Shown here: piece by piece, positions 28,199 to 37,680 of the stretch
Numbering within the stretch: the stretch's first letter is position 1
How the letters are laid out: each line of letters starts with the position of its first letter
NCBI GenBank assembly: GCA_049840435.1
Contig: JASGKY010000013.1
Coordinates: 4,252 to 68,251 of the forward strand
DNA from: Verrucomicrobiota bacterium
GTDB lineage: Bacteria; Verrucomicrobiota; Verrucomicrobiia; Limisphaerales; JADLHS01
Length of the DNA stretch: 64,000 bases
Direction: 5' to 3'
Position numbers and translations under genes: made by a program
Notes under the pieces: model-generated
The model's database searches: none
What the model saw: the letters and a program-made list of their open reading frames with translations, nothing else
What the model was told of the DNA's origin: nothing

Positions 28199-29335
28199 TT
28201 AGCGGGCCGCGTTGGTTTGAGCCGTCTTTGGATTGGAGGATTGATTTGCTACCACCACAGATTGGCCAGTGCGAATGCCGGCGGGGTCCAGAATAATGGT
28301 TTCTCCAGTGTCCAGGCCGGAGAGAATTTCCACCCAGTCGCTGTCGCGCCGCCCGGTCGTCACAGTTTTTTCCGCGGCCTTGCCGTCTTTGATGGCGACC
28401 ACCTTCTCTAGTCCGGCGAAGGTGACGATGGCTTTGGTTGGGACGCTTAACGTTTCTTTAGGCGCGGTGATGACAATCTGGGCGCGCACAAAAAGACCCG
28501 CCCGTAATCCGCCTGGATTTGGCACGTCGGCTTCGACCGGCAACATGCGGTTGTCCGCCCGGATGGCGGGGGCGATGCGGTTTAACTGGCCGCTGTAGTT
28601 GTTTGTGTCGCCTTCCAAGAGTATGCGTACGTTCTGGCCGACACGCACGACTACGGCGTCACGTTCCGGTACTTCGAGCCGCAGTCGCAATGGGTCGGTT
28701 TGCACGAGGCGAACAATCGGTGTGCCGATGGCGAGATAGTCTCCCGGGGAGGCGAGCCGTTCGGCAATGATGCCGGTAAACGGTGCTTTGACACGCGAAC
28801 GATCCACGGCCAGGCGGGCCACCGCGTCGTTCGCCTCGGCCGCTTTGACTTCCGCGCGGGTGCGGGCGGCTTCGGCGACGGCGGCTTCAAGATCACTGGT
28901 TGAGGCGATGTTTTCCCGCTGCAAATCCTCGGCGCGTTTGAGGTTTTGGGCGGCGTTAGCGGCACTGGCATTAGCGCGGGTCAGGTTCGCTGCAGAAGCG
29001 CTTGCAAGGGCGGTGTAGGAAGTCGTGTCAATCAACGCCAGTTCCTGGCCGGCCTGAACGCGGTCGCCAAGATCCACGAGATTCTTTTCCAGTTGTCCGG
29101 CGACCTGCGCGGCGACCGTCGCTTCATTCTGGGCGGCAAGGGTGCCGACGACTTGTAGGGTGCGTTCCATTGGGCGAAATGTGGTGCGGGCGACGCGCAC
29201 TTCACGCGGAGCTGATTCCTTGGGAGCGCCGGACTGGGGCGCACGGCCTTTTCCGCACGATGTCAACAGGGTGATGCTGCCGAGTGCCAAGCTGGTCGCG
29301 ATGCTGATGGTTAATCTCATGATGTCAGACCCCAA
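28199..29335 (-). CDS. RND efflux periplasmic adaptor (MFP/HlyD family) lipoprotein
   Basis: Lipobox 'LLTSCGK'. The coiled-coil hairpin is 'NLKRAEDLQRENIASTSDLEAAVAEAARTRAEVKAAEA', and 'APFTGIIAERLASPGDYL' is the lipoyl/beta-barrel block. The gene lies 8 nt upstream of the permease. Confidence 0.85.
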   Translation of the reverse strand: MGSDIMRLTISIATSLALGSITLLTSCGKGRAPQSGAPKESAPREVRVARTTFRPMERTLQVVGTLAAQNEATVAAQVAGQLEKNLVDLGDRVQAGQELALIDTTSYTALASASAANLTRANASAANAAQNLKRAEDLQRENIASTSDLEAAVAEAARTRAEVKAAEANDAVARLAVDRSRVKAPFTGIIAERLASPGDYLAIGTPIVRLVQTDPLRLRLEVPERDAVVVRVGQNVRILLEGDTNNYSGQLNRIAPAIRADNRMLPVEADVPNPGGLRAGLFVRAQIVITAPKETLSVPTKAIVTFAGLEKVVAIKDGKAAEKTVTTGRRDSDWVEILSGLDTGETIILDPAGIRTGQSVVVANQSSNPKTAQTNAAR

Positions 29336-29528
29336 CGGCCTTTTGGACGCAATCCAAGCCGCAGTTGATCAGATTTTTATGAGTTTGAAGCTAGGGGACG
29401 AAGCGACAGGGTCAAGCGCCGATTCCGGAACGAGGCCGTGCTGCCGACTTGACGCAAGTCGCGAAGGTGAGATGATTTTAAAAGAAGCTCAACTGAACCG
29501 ATTCATAACCTGCGATCCAAGGGATAAT

Positions 29529-30539
29529 ATGAAAATCGTGAGTCTGCTGCTGGGACTTTGGCTGCTGGCGGGAATGGCCGTGGCGCAAGAACTGACTTGG
29601 GCGGAATTGCTGAAGCGCCCGGAGCATTGGCCCAAGGAGTGTGTCATGAAAAAGGCCTTTGAGTTTCAGAGTGGCAAGAGTCTGAAGGTTGGGCAGAAGG
29701 TCACGGTGCTCGAGATGAGTCCCAACGAGATCGTGGTCGGCTCGCTCGATGGAAAAATCAGTTTTGGCACCAAGCCCACGGACACAGATGCGCTTGCAGT
29801 GGCCAATGCCACTTATGCCAAGCTGACGCCGAAACAGCGCGAGTTGACCTACGCCGCGCTTCTCAAGCGTCCTGAACTGTGGCCTTGGAGTGTGAAGTTG
29901 AGCGAGGCTTTTGATGTGGGGCGCAAGCGTTTCAACAAGGGGGATACGGTTTACCTGATGAGCGTCAAGAAGGGCGAATTGGTCGTCGTGCCGCCGACGT
30001 TTGATCAGCACTTTGAAGTGAAGCCCGACGAAACTGATATCCTTTCCTATGCGCGGAAGTATGTGGATGACCCGGCGAGTGCTCCCGGCCGGCTCAACGA
30101 GGAGTTGCGTGGCAAGCTCATCAACGCCGCTACCGGCGTCCCCGCGCCGCTCAACACGAATGAGCCGCCGCGGTACTACGTAATTTATCATGGAGCACGT
30201 TGGTGTCCGTACACGCAAAAGTTTACGCCGGACCTGCTCGCGCTTTACAAGGAGACGAAGCCGAAGCGCGCGGATTTTGAAGTCATTTATATTCCCGCGG
30301 AGAAGTCCTCCGCCGAGTTGCAACAATATGCCAAAGAAGTGAATTTTCCCTGGCCTGCACTGGAGTTTCGGCAGAAACAAAAATCCGCCGTGCTTGCTGG
30401 CATTCTGGGGTGTACGAGTTTGCCGGAATTCTGGGTGCTCGACCGGTTCGGCAACGTGATCGTGGACAATGTGAAACAGGATCGTGATGCGGCATTGAAG
30501 GAGTTTGCGGCGTTGCTGAAACAACCTGCGCCCCAGTAA
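29529..30539 (+). CDS. Secreted thioredoxin-fold (nucleoredoxin/tryparedoxin-like) protein with duplicated N-terminal module
   Basis: Signal 'MKIVSLLLGLWLLAGMAVAQ'. Two ~85-aa repeats start 'LTWAELLKRPEHWP' and 'LTYAALLKRPELWP'. The Trx-like part is 'YYVIYHGARWCPYTQKFTPDLLALY..VIYIPAEKS..FPWPAL..LPEFWVLD'. The start is an internal Met of ORF 29142..30539. Confidence 0.55.
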   Translation: MKIVSLLLGLWLLAGMAVAQELTWAELLKRPEHWPKECVMKKAFEFQSGKSLKVGQKVTVLEMSPNEIVVGSLDGKISFGTKPTDTDALAVANATYAKLTPKQRELTYAALLKRPELWPWSVKLSEAFDVGRKRFNKGDTVYLMSVKKGELVVVPPTFDQHFEVKPDETDILSYARKYVDDPASAPGRLNEELRGKLINAATGVPAPLNTNEPPRYYVIYHGARWCPYTQKFTPDLLALYKETKPKRADFEVIYIPAEKSSAELQQYAKEVNFPWPALEFRQKQKSAVLAGILGCTSLPEFWVLDRFGNVIVDNVKQDRDAALKEFAALLKQPAPQ

Positions 30540-30616
30540 ATGCCTTGGCGGTGTCTTAATTCCATGCCAGAGGAGGAATTGAATAATGCGAGCGGCGCCG
30601 CATCCAATTCGCACCC

Positions 30617-31357
30617 ATGAATCCAGCAATTATAGTTCGCTCACTACTTATTGCGGCTCTGGCGTTGTGCGTCTTTTCCTTCGCGGCGCGCAGTCAGGAC
30701 AAACCCACCGCCGCTGCAACGGAGTCTGAAATTAAGGCTGCAGCGGCCAACGCCAGGTCCGCTACGGATGTTGAAAAGAAGGTTGTGGAGTGGGTTGGTT
30801 CACTCAAATTGGACGATGCTGCGAAAGAAGCGCGTGTGACTGAGGTCATCACTACGCATCTCAAAACCATTCGTGACTGGCACAATGAACATCCCCACAC
30901 GACCGTGCCTGCGGGCATCAATCCTGTAACCGGTAAATCCCTCAGCGTGTTGGATCGCCAGATGATTGCCGATTCCGCGATGCCCAAGACCGTTCACGAA
31001 GCCTTGATGGCGGGCCTGCGTAAAGATTTGGCCGAGCCTCAGGTTGAAGCGATTCTCGACAAATATACCGTGGGCAAGGTGGAGTTCACCATGAAGGGCT
31101 ACAAAGCCATTGTGCCGGATCTGACGCCAGAGGAGGAAAAGATGATTCTAGGATTCCTCAAACAAGCCCGTGAGGAAGCGGTGGACTACAAGAACATGAC
31201 TCAGATCTCGGCCATCTTTGAAATCTACAAGACCAAGTCTGAGCAATACCTAAACGCCAACGGGCGCGACTGGAAAAAACTCTACAAGACTTACACGGAT
31301 GCTGCAAAGGCGCGCAAAGCTGAAGCCGCGAAGCAATCAACAAAGCCGACGCCGTGA
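30617..31357 (+). CDS. DUF3826-family secreted protein
   Basis: Signal peptide, then 'LAEPQVEAILDKYTVGKVEFTMKGYKAIVPDLTPEEEKMILGFLKQAREEAVDYKN..IFEIYKTKSEQYLNANGRDW'. This matches my recollection of the DUF3826 consensus. Confidence 0.55.
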   Translation: MNPAIIVRSLLIAALALCVFSFAARSQDKPTAAATESEIKAAAANARSATDVEKKVVEWVGSLKLDDAAKEARVTEVITTHLKTIRDWHNEHPHTTVPAGINPVTGKSLSVLDRQMIADSAMPKTVHEALMAGLRKDLAEPQVEAILDKYTVGKVEFTMKGYKAIVPDLTPEEEKMILGFLKQAREEAVDYKNMTQISAIFEIYKTKSEQYLNANGRDWKKLYKTYTDAAKARKAEAAKQSTKPTP

Positions 31358-31416
31358 GCCCGCGTTGATGAATGCGTCGTGATTGTGCCAGCGGGTGTCG
31401 GAAGCGGGCGTATGAT

Positions 31417-32532
31417 TTATTGCACCATCACGCGCCAGAAGGTTGGGCTCTTAGCTGGCAGTGGCAGTGTGAGGAATTGCGGGTCGTTGGTGAGGGTAAG
31501 GCTTTGCACTGTGGTCCAGCTTGTGGTGCTGGGGGAGGCGGCTTCTTGCACCAGATGCGTCCGACCGACATCACCGCTGACGCGTAGCTGTAGATGGGCT
31601 TGGGCGTGGGATAGGGCAAGCAGCGGGCGGCGCGGGGGCGCAATTGTAAAAGGATCATCGCTCAAGTCTGGGATGCCGTTCGCGTTCGCGTCGTTGGTGT
31701 CCACGATAGAGAGCTTCCAGGTCCGGTAGTTGCCGCCGGGATTTTGCAGCGAACCTTGATACAGGGTGGGGTGGCCGGGATTACGTGTCAGTTGGCCACC
31801 GTCAAAGGCAAAGGTTTCCGATTGATTGGTCCAATTGCCGCCGGTGAAGGTGAGCAGATTGAAACGATTGGTTTCCGATTTCACCAGCGCAACGGGGCCA
31901 GTCACGGGAGCGCCTTGACTCGTTTGAGCGAGGCTGATCATGCCTGTAACAGTGTTTGAACCCGGCGTGTAGGTCAGCGTTCCTGCGAAGGGTTCGATCA
32001 ATTCGAAAGTGTGAGTGAACGGTCCCATCAGGCCGAGGATGGAATCGTTCATGGTCAACAAACATGTGCCAAATCGCGATCCGGCGGTTCGCGACCATTG
32101 GAGGTTCAATACTCCATAGCCCGGCCCCCAAATAATTGCATAGGTCCCACTACTTCCTGTTGAAACGCTCTGACCTACTTCGAAGAAATCCGGCGTGCCG
32201 TTGCCGTTGCCGTCTGTGGCTGGGAGGTTGAGTTCTGCGTAGGTGGTGGACGCAAACATCGAGGGATCTTCCAAGACCAGCCAACTCCAGTGCGAGTAGG
32301 TGGCGGGCTGGGGCAGGGGGGCAAACTCGCCGTTGGCGTTAGGCGGGTCTTCCGTATAGAAGCTGGAGAAGCTGATGGTCCAAGTCAGACCGAAGCCGCA
32401 GGAACAATCGCCGGGATACATGCGGATTGATTCGTTAGACAGTTGTACAGTGGCGCTGCCTGTTGCTAAGGTTGCCGATGGCATAATTGCGAGTGCCGTG
32501 CTGAGCCAGAGGAGAATCAATGTTGGTTTCAT
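31417..32532 (-). CDS. Hypothetical secreted protein with the shared C-terminal module
   Basis: Signal 'MKPTLILLWLSTALAIMPSATLA' (internal Met of ORF 31417..32592). The C-terminus is 'LQLRVSGDVGRTHLVQEAASPSTTSWTTVQSLTLTNDPQFLTLPLPAKSPTFWRVMVQ*'. Confidence 0.5.
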   Translation of the reverse strand: MKPTLILLWLSTALAIMPSATLATGSATVQLSNESIRMYPGDCSCGFGLTWTISFSSFYTEDPPNANGEFAPLPQPATYSHWSWLVLEDPSMFASTTYAELNLPATDGNGNGTPDFFEVGQSVSTGSSGTYAIIWGPGYGVLNLQWSRTAGSRFGTCLLTMNDSILGLMGPFTHTFELIEPFAGTLTYTPGSNTVTGMISLAQTSQGAPVTGPVALVKSETNRFNLLTFTGGNWTNQSETFAFDGGQLTRNPGHPTLYQGSLQNPGGNYRTWKLSIVDTNDANANGIPDLSDDPFTIAPPRRPLLALSHAQAHLQLRVSGDVGRTHLVQEAASPSTTSWTTVQSLTLTNDPQFLTLPLPAKSPTFWRVMVQ

Positions 32533-32907
32533 GACGAGAACCTTCGGTTCAAGGTTGGGGATCTGCCGGAGATCGGAAGCGTCTTGCTCCAAGGCGTGAA
32601 AGACTGAGTTGAATCCGCCTGTCGTCCCCAGTTCTGAGGTAACTGTCGCCCTGAGCCCATTGAGGCCGAGGCTATACCTGCGTTAAAAACCTGTAAAGTG
32701 GGGTTTTGCTCCGAGATGATGAAGTAGGAGTGGTAAACAGATTTATTTCCTGAGCCGATTGCCGGACTTGAATGCGGCGAAAGCTTGCAGGATTGATGGC
32801 AAAGTGGCTGCGCCCATTGCCAAGCCGGGCGGGGCGGCCTATGATAACCGCACGCCATGCGTCCTTGCTGCCATACCCCGGTCCGTCGGCTGGGGCACTT
32901 CGTAACA

Positions 32908-35900
32908 ATGTGGAAAGCAATGTTCGCAGGCCTTGCAATTTTTGGTTGCTCCGGGTTTGGTGTGCGCGCCCAACTGGTCATCAACGAACTGCTTTTCAAC
33001 CCGCCCGGCACTGATGCTCCAAACGAATACGTCGAATTGCGAGGGACTCCCAATCTCACTCTGCCGACCGGAACATATCTGGTCGCTGTGGAAGGCGATG
33101 CTGGTGGAAACCCAGGCACAATTCAGAATTTCTTCGACCTTTCTGGGCGAACCATTGGCGGTAATGGTTTCCTCGTTCTATTGCAGAAAGCGAACAGCTA
33201 TGCGCCGGACGCTAATGCTGTGGTTGTTGTTCACACGGGCAGCGGTGCGGGTTGGGGGAGCGGAGTAACAAGTTTGGTTGGGCATCGCGGTGAGGGCGGG
33301 CAGACTGACATTGAAAATCCATCCGTCACCTTTTTTCTCATCCAGACTGCCAGCGCGGTCAACGTGGGCGACGATGTTGATTCCGACAACAACGGTGTTC
33401 CTGATGGTTCGGTGTTTGCCGGCTGGACGGTGCTCGATTCGGTGGGGGTGTTGGATGCGGACGGCGCGGGTGATATCGGGTATGGCGCGATCAATTTTCG
33501 CCGCAGTACCAGTCCTGGTAACAGTGCGATGGCCACAGGCGTGATTGTGCCAGTGGACTTCACGCCGAGCTATGTCGGACGAACAAGTAATACTGTCGGT
33601 TCCGCGGCGGCGGCGTGGGTGGCCAGCGACAATCTAGGTGGCGTTGCACCGAACTGGACGCTGGGGCTGACGACGAACACGGTGCCGGGGAATTTTGTAG
33701 GCGCGGCGTTGAATCATCTCGGCGCACCGAACTTCGGTGCCGCGGCCCTTCCTGGAGTGTTGCTTGTGCCAACCGGTGGCAGCACGGATGTCTCCGAGGC
33801 GGGCGGCACAGACTCTTACTCGCTGACGTTGAACACGCTGCCGACAAATGCCGTGACGATTCAAATCACCGGCGGACCGCAACTGGAAGTTAGCACCAAC
33901 GCCGGAGGAAGTTTTGGTAGCACGGTGACGCTGACTTTAACAAACACAACCCCAAGGAGCATCACGGTCCGTGCTGTGAATGACCATGTTGTGGATGCGT
34001 CCCCACGCCGCAGTTTCATCACGAACGCTGTCAGCAGGTACCTGGCGATACGACCCAGTACCCACTTGCGACCTTGATTCCGTCGGTCGCGGTGAACATC
34101 GCAGACAATGACGTTGTTTTGCTGGCGGAGTTGAAGGTCAATCCGCCGGGCACGAATGACGCACCGCATGAATTCATCGAACTCAAAGGAACTCCGAGCG
34201 CTTTGCTGACGAACCTTTATGTCTTCGGCCTTGATGGCAACAGCAGTGGCGATCCCGGTACAGTTAACTACGCGCTCAATCTGAGCGGGAAAAGTCTCGG
34301 AGCCAATGGTGTGCTGGTGATCGTGGCGACCAATCATGCCTACTCGATTGCGTCAGGCACGACTGTTGTCACGGACCCGCACTTAAGCGTAGTGGGGGGC
34401 GCGTTGGATAATGGCACGATTTCATTTCTGCTCGTCAGCAGTGCGGTGGCTCTCAACCCCGGCGTGGACCTCGACAGTGGAGACAATGGTGTCTTGGAAG
34501 GTTTGCCGTCCGGAGCGATGATTCTGGATGCGGTTGGTTGGTCGGATGGCGGCAACAACGACATCGTTTATGGCGGAGTGAAACTGAATCAGTCCGGTAC
34601 GCCGGACGCGGCCACGCGCTTTCCGGGCAACAACACGCCAAACTCGGAAGCGGCGTGGTTCTGCGGTGATCTCGCTGGCGCCAATGGCGATTCGCTGACG
34701 TACGATCCGGGACAGGTCAGTGATAATTTCCCCAACGGCACAACATTAACACCGGGCACGTTGAATAGCACCGCACCCAGCTTCAGTGGCGTAGTGCCGA
34801 TTTCCGGCGTCATTAGCGACCCCACCAATCCCACCCTGACGTTTACCGTGAGCGATGTGGAAACCATCGCAAGTGCGATCACGGTTACCGCTGTGAGCAG
34901 CAATTCCACCGTTGTGCCCAATGCTAACCTGGTTGTGACCGTTGGTGCGGGAGGAACGCGAACGCTGGCGCTTAATCCTATCGGAGTCGGTTACGCCGAA
35001 ATTACGCTGTTGGCCAGTGATGGTTCGATGACGGGGCGCGTGACCTTTCCGTACGCTGCTTCCGCGATGGGCCGGCCCGGCGGCGTGTGGCATCTCGGCG
35101 CGAGTGACGGCTCTACCGCGATTCCGGTGGATGCCAACTTCATGTTCATTGGCGATGACGAAAATCAAACCATCCGATTGTATCGCCGTAATGAATCGAG
35201 TTTGCCGTTAAGCCTGTTCAACATGACTCCATTTCTGGAATTGCCGGATGTCGAGGCTGGTCAAGTGCGCGAGGTGGACATCGAAGCTTCGACGCGTGTG
35301 GGCAATCGGCTGTTCTGGATGGGCTCGCATTCGCACGCCAACATCGGCGAGACGCGCACGAACCGGACGCGTATCTGGGCAACCGATCTTTCCGGCAGCG
35401 GCGCAGCCAGTGCGCTTACGTATGTGGGACGTTATGATAATCTCAAGGTGGATTTGATCGGCTGGGACAAGACCAACGGACATGGTAAGGGAACGAATTA
35501 CTTCGGGCTCGAAGCCAGCGATGCGGAAGGCGTGCCGCCAAAAGCACCGGACGGCTCGGGCTTTTCCATCGAAGGTCTGGCCATGATGCCGGGCAGCACA
35601 AATGGGGCGTATGTGGCGTTCCGCGCGCCGATCGTTCCGGTGACGAATCGGAACTTTGCGCTGGTTGTGCCGGTGTTGAACTTTGCCACGCTCGCCATGA
35701 GTAATGGTCCGTCTGGTTCGGCAGTGTTCGGGGCGCCGATTGAAATGGATTTGTATGGCCGCGGCATCCGCAGCATGGAGGGAAATACCAATGGCTACAT
35801 AATTGTGGCCGGGCCGGCGGGCGCGAATCCGGGCGACTATCCGCAAGACTTCCGGCTCTACACCTGGAGCGGCAATCCGGCGGAGCAACCGCAGCAGCGG

Positions 35901-36323
35901 GCGGCGGATTTATCCGGCTTGAATCCCGAAGGCATCGTCGAACTGCCGCCTGCTCCGTGGAGCAACAGCACGTCGGTGCCAATCCTCAGTGACAACGGGG
36001 CGAGTGTTTTTTATGGCGACGGCGTGGCGGCCAAGAGTCTGCCGGTGGCGAATTTCAAAAAGTGTCGGACCGATCTCGTGGTGTTGGGGGCGGTGGTGCC
36101 ACCGGCCCCCGTCATTACCGCGACCTCGTTGAGCGGCGTCAATCTCACGGTGACGTGGCGCGCGCTGGCGGGCAAAACGTATCGCGTCCAATCCAAACTC
36201 AGTCTCGCGCAAACCAACTGGCTGGATGTAGCGGGAGATGTCATGGCGACTGGCCCCTTCGCCAGTAAAGTCGTGAGCAGTGCTGGCCCACAGCTATTTT
36301 GTCGAGTCGTTGTGTTGCCTTGA
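32908..36323 (+). pseudogene. Giant secreted protein with two lamin-tail-domain (LTD)-like modules and a phytase-like/DUF3616-like beta-propeller; one frame break near 34038
   Basis: Signal 'MWKAMFAGLAIFGCSGFGVRAQ'. LTD signatures are 'LVINELLFNPPGTDAPNEYVELRG' and 'LLAELKVNPPGTNDAPHEFIELKG'. ORF 32857..34077 ends '..ITNAVSRYLAIRPSTHLRP*', while the next frame reads '..VPGDTTQYPLATLIPSVAVNIADND' into ORF 34074..36323. Confidence 0.65.
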
Positions 36324-36446
36324 TAGCCGTTGCGTTCAGCCCGGCAGCCGATCTGCGGATCGGTGTGAAGGAAATCCGGGTATGAATAACCACAATCCCG
36401 AGCTAAGCAATAGGACTGGGGGATTGCCAGAGTTGCGACTGCTTTG

Positions 36447-36821
36447 TCATTTTTGCGCCGCCCCATCACTGTGATTTGAAAGTTCAGCAACCACCACCGC
36501 GTCACGGTGTGTGGCCAAAGTCTGAACCAGCCTTCCCAGTCGGTTTGTCTGTTGGTGCAGTGAACGTAATTCTTCGCGGAGCACTGATAACTCCACACGA
36601 TCGCGTTGGGCGTCGGCCAACTCATACGTTAATGCCGTCAGCTGCATGGTTGCGTTGTCGCGTTCGCTTTGCAGTTTCTGCACATGTGCAAGCAGTGGCG
36701 TTTGTTGTTGGAGTGATTCCACCTGGCTTTGCAGCAGCACAACTTGCTGGGCTGCATAAATTCCTGCACTGGCGAGAATGGTGATGGTGGCGGTGCTGAG
36801 GGCTTTTTGCAGTGGGCTCAT
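36447..36821 (-). CDS. Hypothetical membrane-anchored coiled-coil protein
   Basis: N-terminal TM 'ALSTATITILASAGIYAAQQVVLL', followed by heptad-like 'QSQVESLQQQTPLLAHVQKLQSERDNATMQLTALTYELADAQRDRVELSVLREELRSLHQQ'. Confidence 0.5.
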   Translation of the reverse strand: MSPLQKALSTATITILASAGIYAAQQVVLLQSQVESLQQQTPLLAHVQKLQSERDNATMQLTALTYELADAQRDRVELSVLREELRSLHQQTNRLGRLVQTLATHRDAVVVAELSNHSDGAAQK

Positions 36822-36862
36822 GGTGTTGTTGAAATGGCGGTTGATTTTGATCGCCTTGGTAA

Positions 36863-36927
36863 AACAGCGATTACGTTTCCGAGACTAAAGAAGGATTGTT
36901 ACCGTGTTGCTACCGTTGCGTCTTATT
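36863..36927 (-). promoter_or_regulatory. Conserved 65-nt upstream element, copy A (11-bp-phased direct repeat TTGTTACCGTg/TTGCTACCGTt)
   Basis: Copy A is 55/65 identical to 43147-43211, with a 41-nt core at 39/41. It lies 42-106 nt upstream of the 36821 start codon. Confidence 0.6.
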
Positions 36928-36991
36928 ATCAACCAAAAGCGCAATGTCGGGATGGCACACCGCTGCCGGGCGGTGCTGCAAGGTGCTACGC

Positions 36992-37677
36992 TCAACGCTG
37001 CTCTGGAGGCTCGAAGCGATAGCCGATTTGTCGGATGGTGTGAATGAAGCTGGGACGGGCCGGATCTGGCTCGATCTTGTTGCGCAACGTGGTGACGAAC
37101 CGGTCAATGCTGCGGCTGGTGACGACGCAATCATAGCCCCAGACGGCATTGAGGATTTCGTCGCGGGTCAACGCTCGCCCCGGTTTCTTCACGAAGTATT
37201 CGAGCAGGCTGAATTCTTTGGGCGATAGCTCAACCTCCTTGCTTTTGCGGGTCAGTCTGCGGGCGGTGAGGTCGAGGCGCAGTCCGCCAAATTCATATAC
37301 GTCCTGGGTTCTTTCTTGGCGCGGCGCAGGAAGGCCGCGGCCCGGGCGAGCAGTTCTTTGATGCTGAAAGGTTTTGTTACGTAATCATCCGCTCCGAGGT
37401 TGAGGCCGAGCACGATGTCGGATTCATCGCCCTTGGCGGTCAGCATGATGATGGGCATGGTGAGCTGCTGTTCGCGAATCAACCGACAAATCTCGTAGCC
37501 GTTGATCTTGGGCAGCATGATGTCGAGTAGGATCAGATCGGGTTTGGTGTTTAACGCGGCGTTCAATCCTTTCTCCCCATCCGCGGCGGTGACGACCTTG
37601 TAGCCCTTGAACTCAAAATTATCCCGCAGCCCGATCAGCATTGTCGGGTCGTCTTCAATAATGAGCACGGTTTCCAT
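36992..37677 (-). pseudogene. OmpR/PhoB-family response regulator, frame break between receiver and winged-helix domains
   Basis: Receiver: 'VLIIEDDPTMLIGLRDNFEFKGYKV..DLILLDIMLPKINGYEICRLIR..PIIMLTAKGDESDIVLGLNLGADDYVTKPF' (ORF 37252..37677). The DNA-binding domain 'YEFGGLRLDLTARRLTRKSKEVELSPKEFSLLEYFVKKPGRALTRDEILNAVWGYD..IDRFVTTLRNKIE..IHTIRQIGYRF' is in another frame. The break falls at the tatat tract, 37295-37300. Confidence 0.8.
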
Positions 37678-37680
37678 GAC

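Noticed and set aside
25005-29335. RND permease plus adaptor without an outer-membrane factor gene as an unusual efflux system
   Set aside because: Bipartite RND operons that borrow a TolC-like channel encoded elsewhere are common. Nothing in the sequence suggests novelty.
36896-36917. The conserved element read on the + strand as a sigma-54 -24/-12 promoter (tgttaccgtgttgcta versus TGGCAC-N5-TTGC)
   Set aside because: The invariant GG of the -24 box is absent in both copies (TTAC). In addition, a + strand promoter would point away from the adjacent start codons.
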